Assembly: GCA_965240325.2 (NCBI GenBank)
Contig: CBDEKP020000004.1
Location: forward strand, 1-14,651
Length of the DNA stretch: 14,651 bases
DNA from: Rebecca billardiae RCC1528
Taxonomy: Eukaryota; Protista; Haptophyta
Direction of reading: 5' to 3'
Position 1 is the first letter of the stretch. Each line of letters begins with the position of its first letter. The notes under the pieces are model-generated. The model was not told where the DNA came from. It did not search any database and saw nothing but the letters and a program-made list of their open reading frames with translations. Positions 9,282 to 14,651 of the stretch are shown piece after piece. A program made the position numbers and the translations under genes.

Positions 9282-9707
9282 CAGGGCTCAAAGATCCGGT
9301 GCTCGGTACGCGTACCGGTGCACCGGCGCCGCAGGCGCCGGTGTACCGGTACACCGGTGCGCGCACCGCGGGGGGGTCCGGGGGGGTGTCCCCCCCGGGG
9401 CCTCGCCGGCCCGAGGCGAAGAAAATTTTTGGGCCTATTTACTGATAGAAACAGCCCAATTATTGGACGAAATCGGCGGCGTAGTCGCCTTCCCTGAGCC
9501 AGCCTGCCAGCAGTGACTCCGACCTCGGACACTGACAAGTGACAGCTCCTGCAGTAGTCCGTACTCGCGGGTGCTGTGGTCCGGGCGCACACGACCCCTC
9601 CCGGACTCTCACCGGTGCGCGGCAGTTTGTGGCGGTGCATACCGGTACGCACCGGTACGCACCGGTACGGTATTTACCGGTGTCCGGTGTACCGTCTTGG
9701 AGCCCTG
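9282..9707. mobile_element. hAT-type MITE (426 bp)
   Basis: TIRs CAGGGCTCAAAGA / TCTTGGAGCCCTG (1 mismatch in 13). Exact 8-bp TSD AACCTGGA at 9274-9281 and 9708-9715. Subterminal ACCGGT clusters at both ends (9314, 9345, 9353; 9611, 9641, 9651, 9661, 9676). Internal G/C hairpin 9378-9398. Confidence 0.9.
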
Positions 9708-9781
9708 AACCTGGAGGACGGTTTTGGACTTTTTCCAGGCCGATCCTGGAGGGTCGGCGCCAGTCCTCGAGGATCGGCCTC

Positions 9782-11786
9782 CAGCGAGTCCTCCAGGATG
9801 CGCCAGCGAGTCCTCCAGGATGCGCCAGCGAGTCCTCCAGGATGCGCCAGCGAGTCCTCCAGGATGCGCAGCGAGTCCTCCAGGATGCGCCAGCGAGTCC
9901 TCCAGGATGCGCAGCGAGTCCTCCAGGATGCGCAGCGAGTCCTCCAGGATGCGCCAGCGAGTCCTCCAGGATGCGCCAGCGAGTCCTCCAGGATGCGCCA
10001 GCGAGTCCTCCAGGATGCGCCAGCGAGTCCTCCAGGATGCGCCAGCGAGTCCTCCAGGATGCGCCAGCGAGTCCTCCAGGATGCGCAGCGAGTCCTCCAG
10101 GATGCGCCAGCGAGTCCTCCAGGATGCGCAGCGAGTCCTCCAGGATGCGCCAGCGAGTCCTCCAGGATGCGCAGCGAGTCCTCCAGGATGCGCAGCGAGT
10201 CCTCCAGGATGCGCCAGCGAGTCCTCCAGGATGCGCAGCGAGTCCTCCAGGATGCGCCAGCGAGTCCTCCAGGATGCGCAGCGAGTCCTCCAGGATGCGC
10301 AGCGAGTCCTCCAGGATGCGCCAGCGAGTCCTCCAGGATGCGCAGCGAGTCCTCCAGGATGCGCCAGCGAGTCCTCCAGGATGCGCCAGCGAGTCCTCCA
10401 GGATGCGCCAGCGAGTCCTCCAGGATGCGCCAGCGAGTCCTCCAGGATGCGCAGCGAGTCCTCCAGGATGCGCCAGCGAGTCCTCCAGGATGCGCAGCGA
10501 GTCCTCCAGGATGCGCCAGCGAGTCCTCCAGGATGCGCAGCGAGTCCTCCAGGATGCGCCAGCGAGTCCTCCAGGATGCGCCAGCGAGTCCTCCAGGATG
10601 CGCAGCGAGTCCTCCAGGATGCGCAGCGAGTCCTCCAGGATGCGCCAGCGAGTCCTCCAGGATGCGCCAGCGAGTCCTCCAGGATGCGCAGCGAGTCCTC
10701 CAGGATGCGCAGCGAGTCCTCCAGGATGTGCCAGCGAGTCCTCCAGGATGCGCCAGCGAGTCCTCCAGGATGCGCAGCGAGTCCTCCAGGATGCGCCAGC
10801 GAGTCCTCCAGGATGCGCAGCGAGTCCTCCAGGATGCGCAGCGAGTCCTCCAGGATGCGCCAGCGAGTCCTCCAGGATGCGCCAGCGAGTCCTCCAGGAT
10901 GCGCCAGCGAGTCCTCCAGGATGCGCCAGCGAGTCCTCCAGGATGCGCCAGCGAGTCCTCCAGGATGCGCCAGCGAGTCCTCCAGGATGCGCAGCGAGTC
11001 CTCCAGGATGCGCCAGCGAGTCCTCCAGGATGCGCAGCGAGTCCTCCAGGATGCGCCAGCGAGTCCTCCAGGATGCGCAGCGAGTCCTCCAGGATGCGCA
11101 GCGAGTCCTCCAGGATGCGCCAGCGAGTCCTCCAGGATGCGCAGCGAGTCCTCCAGGATGCGCCAGCGAGTCCTCCAGGATGCGCAGCGAGTCCTCCAGG
11201 ATGCGCAGCGAGTCCTCCAGGATGCGCCAGCGAGTCCTCCAGGATGCGCAGCGAGTCCTCCAGGATGCGCAGCGAGTCCTCCAGGATGCGCCAGCGAGTC
11301 CTCCAGGATGCGCCAGCGAGTCCTCCAGGATGCGCCAGCGAGTCCTCCAGGATGCGCAGCGAGTCCTCCAGGATGCGCCAGCGAGTCCTCCAGGATGCGC
11401 AGCGAGTCCTCCAGGATGCGCCAGCGAGTCCTCCAGGATGCGCAGCGAGTCCTCCAGGATGCGCCAGCGAGTCCTCCAGGATGCGCCAGCGAGTCCTCCA
11501 GGATGCGCAGCGAGTCCTCCAGGATGCGCAGCGAGTCCTCCAGGATGCGCCAGCGAGTCCTCCAGGATGCGCCAGCGAGTCCTCCAGGATGCGCAGCGAG
11601 TCCTCCAGGATGCGCAGCGAGTCCTCCAGGATGCGCCAGCGAGTCCTCCAGGATGCGCCAGCGAGTCCTCCAGGATGCGCAGCGAGTCCTCCAGGATGCG
11701 CCAGCGAGTCCTCCAGGATGCGCAGCGAGTCCTCCAGGATGCGCCAGCGAGTCCTCCAGGATACGCAGCGAGTCCTCCAGGATGCG
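9782..11786. repeat. Tandem array of 93 monomers: A = CAGCGAGTCCTCCAGGATGCGC (22 bp, 52 copies), B = same without one C (21 bp, 41 copies); degenerate tail to about 11895
   Basis: Decoded from the sequence and the ORF frame switches; 52x22 + 41x21 = 2005 bp matches the coordinates. Only two substitutions seen (10729 C>T, 11763 G>A). Confidence 0.98.
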
Positions 11787-11980
11787 CAGCGAGTCCTCCA
11801 CCCCTCCAGGATGCGCCAGCGAGTCAGCCTTCAGGATGCGCCAGCCAATCTTGTGGGTGTACGATGCACCGCCGTCTCCTGCAGAATGCGCCAGCCGTAC
11901 TCGCAGATTCTTGATCCAGCCTGCGCGCGCGGATAGCGCGAGCGAGCGTGGCATTGGGCGCCGACGCTGGTGCAGCGCAC

Positions 11981-12083
11981 TGGTAGCGTAGCGAGATGGC
12001 GGTGTGCTCTTGCATCAGCCGTCTCCGCGTCGAGGTGACGTGGGCGATCTTCAAGCCGACGAGCAAGCGGTCGTAGCCAGTGC
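11981..12083 (-). CDS. Exon of the same gene (G-TGYDRLLVGLKIAHVTSTRRRLMQEHTAISLRY...); 3' end uncertain
   Basis: Acceptor cgcag| restores the frame of track ORF 11824..12066. A candidate GTGCGC donor starts at 11980; otherwise the frame reads on to TGA at 11824-11826 in the array edge. Confidence 0.55.
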
Positions 12084-12193
12084 CTGCGCGCGCGCCGCGC
12101 GCGCAAGCGGCAGCGCGCCCAGCCAGCGCGCGCGGTCAGTCGTGCAGGGAGGCAGTGCGCGCGCGCGCCGCGCGCATGCGCGGTGGGGCGCAC

Positions 12194-12311
12194 CAATGGA
12201 GAGGACGCCGAACGAGAGCTCCATGTTGGAGAACGTGGGCTCGTTCTGGAACACCATCTCCAGGTCGAGGTGCGAGAGGAACTGCCGGATGCGCCGCGTG
12301 AACACATAGTC
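12194..12311 (-). CDS. Exon of the same gene (DYVFTRRIRQFLSHLDLEMVFQNEPTFSNMELSFGVLSI-G)
   Basis: Acceptor ctctcag| and donor |gtgcgc; 118 nt; high GC3; flanking introns are 104 and 110 nt and CG-repeat rich. Confidence 0.7.
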
Positions 12312-12415
12312 CTGAGAGCAGGGCGCTAGACAGTAGTAGACGGCGCGGCAGCGGGGTGAGCGTCGGCGCGCGCGCGTGCGTTGGCGCGCGTCGGCGCGCA
12401 CGTCGGCGCGCGCAC

Positions 12416-12484
12416 CTTGGAGAGCGCGAGGAGCTTGAGCAGCTCCTCGTTCGTCTGAGCCGCCGGGTCGAACGCCTGGACTTC
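12416..12484 (-). CDS. Exon of an unknown spliced gene (EVQAFDPAAQTNEELLKLLALSK)
   Basis: Acceptor ttgcag| and donor |gtgcgc; 69 nt, phase 0; joins in frame to the next exon. Confidence 0.65.
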
Positions 12485-12933
12485 CTGCAAGGGGGGGCGG
12501 GGGTCACACGAGTGACGGGGGTTGGTGCGGCGGCAGTTGCGCGGTCAGTTTATCGCGCGCGAGGGCGGATCTGGTGCATTGCGTCATTCGCGATGCGTAG
12601 GTGGAGCAGTCGCGCGTTCGTACGTTGCCCGTCCAGTGCGCGCATGCGTGCGGCGCGCACAGTTCGCCGCGCCGACTTCGCCCGGCGCTCGTGCTCGCAC
12701 GCGCTGAGCGTGTTCTACGCGCTTGCGGCGCCTCTGCGCGTTGAGGCTGAGAGAAGTGCAGCTGGAGGATTGGAGCAGTAGTAGTAGCGTCTGATGATGG
12801 CTCTCTGGGATGATGGCGGCGTTGAACGAGCGAGAGCAGAGCGCTGGGCTGCGGGCAAGGCGACGGTTCCGAACATCGCGGCCGATGATGACGTCGCAGC
12901 TGCGTCTGCGGGTGGTCTTTCAAACGCGCGGGT

Positions 12934-12998
12934 TGCCGGGCTAGTCCGGAAATAACGGCGCGCCGTCGGCGCGCCGTTATTTCCGGACTAGTCCGGCA
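12934..12998. repeat. Near-perfect palindrome
   Basis: Perfect 25-bp arms 12941-12965 / 12967-12991 with a 1-nt centre; extends to 32 bp with one mismatch. Confidence 0.95.
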
Positions 12999-13079
12999 CG
13001 GCGCCATACTAGGCAATACCAGCAGCGTGCGGGGTGCGCTGCCTCCGGGGGGGCGGTGTACTGCATTCATAAGCCAGCC

Positions 13080-14079
13080 TATCCCCTTACCGCAGTTCAC
13101 TTTGCTTCGTATGGAAGCAAAGTTGACGGCGTCCGCTGACGGCGCCCTGCGGCCAGTCAGGGCGCCTTTGGGCGCTGAACGCCGCATGACACGGTGCAGG
13201 CATGGTCTAGCTACCCTCAGACAGCCGCCAGACTGGTCCCTCCAGCTACAATGCCTCCACGATGGCATCGCGCGGCAGCGCGCCGAGCTGCCGTACGGGC
13301 GTGTCGTGCCCACCAGGCTGGCCGTGTGCCCGCGACACCCGGCTGCACGCCTTGCAGCTGCTTCAGGCAGGTAGGCGATCGGTCGAGATGGCTGTAGGCG
13401 GTGTACGTACTGCACGCGCTGGTTTGCGCGCGTTCACCTGACTCGTCGCGCTGAACTCACTCACCTGCCAGTCGCGCGTGACACGCTTGGCGGCTTGCCG
13501 CACGCAGCAGCCGCAGGCCGCGCGCGCGGCGTGATTGCCGAGTGCAAGTCAGCCAGGAGCTCGGCGGGATGGGCGGTCATGTTTCTTCGTCTGTTTCGGT
13601 GTCGATCACATGCGCGACGCGCGCGCCCCGCTGCGCAAGTACACCCTCCTCATTGCCGACGTCACACAGGAAGCCGCATGATGGATCTCGAGCTCGGAGA
13701 GCAGCGTCCGAGCACCACAGGCACTGACTGGCAGCCCGAGAGCCGACCGGCGGGTGACGTCCTTCACCCCGCCTGATGCGGTACCGCGTGCGGCACCATC
13801 CCGCAGCGATACGAGCACCTCAGAGGCGAACTGAGCACCCCTCAAAACTTTGCTTCTGGGCGTGCTCGAACACTCGTTTGGCACTCCGTTTGGACGCCGT
13901 GGCACCGGAGAAGGGGGAGGGCGGCGGCGATGAGGCTCGGGTGGCCCACGAACATGCTCACGAAGATGCCTCTCAGCCATCGCGCGCCCTCTCGCGGCGT
14001 CCACCTGCCCGCCGAGCACGCACCCGCGGGGGCGAACCCATCTTTGCTTCGTATAGAAGCAACCTGCGGTAAGGGGATA
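13080..14079. mobile_element. 1-kb non-autonomous TIR element
   Basis: Perfect 16-bp IR TATCCCCTTACCGCAG (13080-13095) / CTGCGGTAAGGGGATA (14064-14079), including a possible TA TSD. The same small hairpin TTGCTTC-GTATR-GAAGCAA lies just inside both ends. No transposase recognised. Confidence 0.75.
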
Positions 14080-14651
14080 CTTATCCGGATCCGGGGGGAC
14101 GCACCCGCGTTCCGTGTAGTTATGTCGACGATATTGACACTACCGAGCTGCCTCCGGGGGGACGTTTACTACCTTATGTGGCGCTTGCCGGAGCGTACGC
14201 AGCAGCCGCGCCCCGGCTCGGTCGGGTGATGGGGTAGGGTAGGGACGACGACGACGACGGAGGGCGTAGGGACTAGGGTAGGGTTGATGGGCGCTCGCTG
14301 GTCGGTGGCGGTGGGGCAGTGGGGCGTGCACTGTGCGCGTGCTGCGGGGGCGCCCAGGCACCCTGCCCGAGACGAGCCAGCGGCTGTGCGATGTGCCAGG
14401 CGGCCAGAGCCTAGGCTGCCAGCACTGCTGCTGCGCGCGCATGAGTGGCGGGCCCGAGTGCCACACGCAGCATCGTGCTGCACGCGGGCAAGACGCTGCG
14501 TCGGAGCTGGCTGGAGCTGGAGATGGGCGCGCGCTGCTACTCGTCGCGCCGGTCGCGCCAAGCACGCGCATGCTCTGCGACGTGCTGGCAGCGGGCATAG
14601 AGGAGGCGCCCGTCGCGCGCCTCACCGTCTTGGCGACGCGCTGCCTACGTG

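Noticed and set aside
8117-9445. 442-aa plus-strand ORF
   Set aside because: Antisense shadow of the GC3-rich minus-strand gene; Arg/Ala/His-rich
9212-9652. 147-aa N-terminal extension of the 468-aa ORF
   Set aside because: It runs through the hAT MITE, has a non-ATG start and is not protein-like
9782-11786. CRISPR array or telomere
   Set aside because: There are no spacers and no cas genes; the array is interstitial with unique DNA on both sides and lacks a telomeric G-rich motif
9539-11991. Four 755-791-aa ORFs as real protein genes
   Set aside because: They arise from a stop-free 21/22-bp monomer; all frames are equivalent, there is no synonymous variation, and their starts lie in a MITE or repeat flank
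12504-13415. 303-aa minus-strand ORF
   Set aside because: It crosses a TIR boundary and a palindrome, and has the Arg/Pro/Ala-rich composition typical of GC-rich non-coding DNA
14231-14290. TAGGG copies as interstitial telomere
   Set aside because: Only about five interrupted TAGGG units mixed with (GAC)n; no TTAGGG run

Overview
GC-rich eukaryotic genomic DNA, not prokaryotic. It has GT-AG introns of about 105-110 nt with GTGCGC donors and CG-dinucleotide runs, which is compatible with a haptophyte-like or other GC-rich alga (inference). The window is mostly non-autonomous DNA-transposon pieces: a hAT-type MITE with an exact 8-bp TSD, several TA-flanked TIR elements, a Mutator-like end, and seven copies of a 44-bp CAGT-started terminal repeat. 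It has one convincing intronless gene (SPRY/B30.2-like plus META-like domain, minus strand 8246-9211) and three in-frame exons of an unknown spliced gene (minus strand, about 11981-12484). Between those genes is a 2-kb array of 93 monomers that are either 22 or 21 bp. Their A/B order forms a 42-monomer higher-order repeat, the array has no stop codon in any of the six frames, and a hairpin abuts its first unit. I recognised no transposase, CRISPR array, rRNA or tRNA. Most ORFs in the track are GC-content artefacts.
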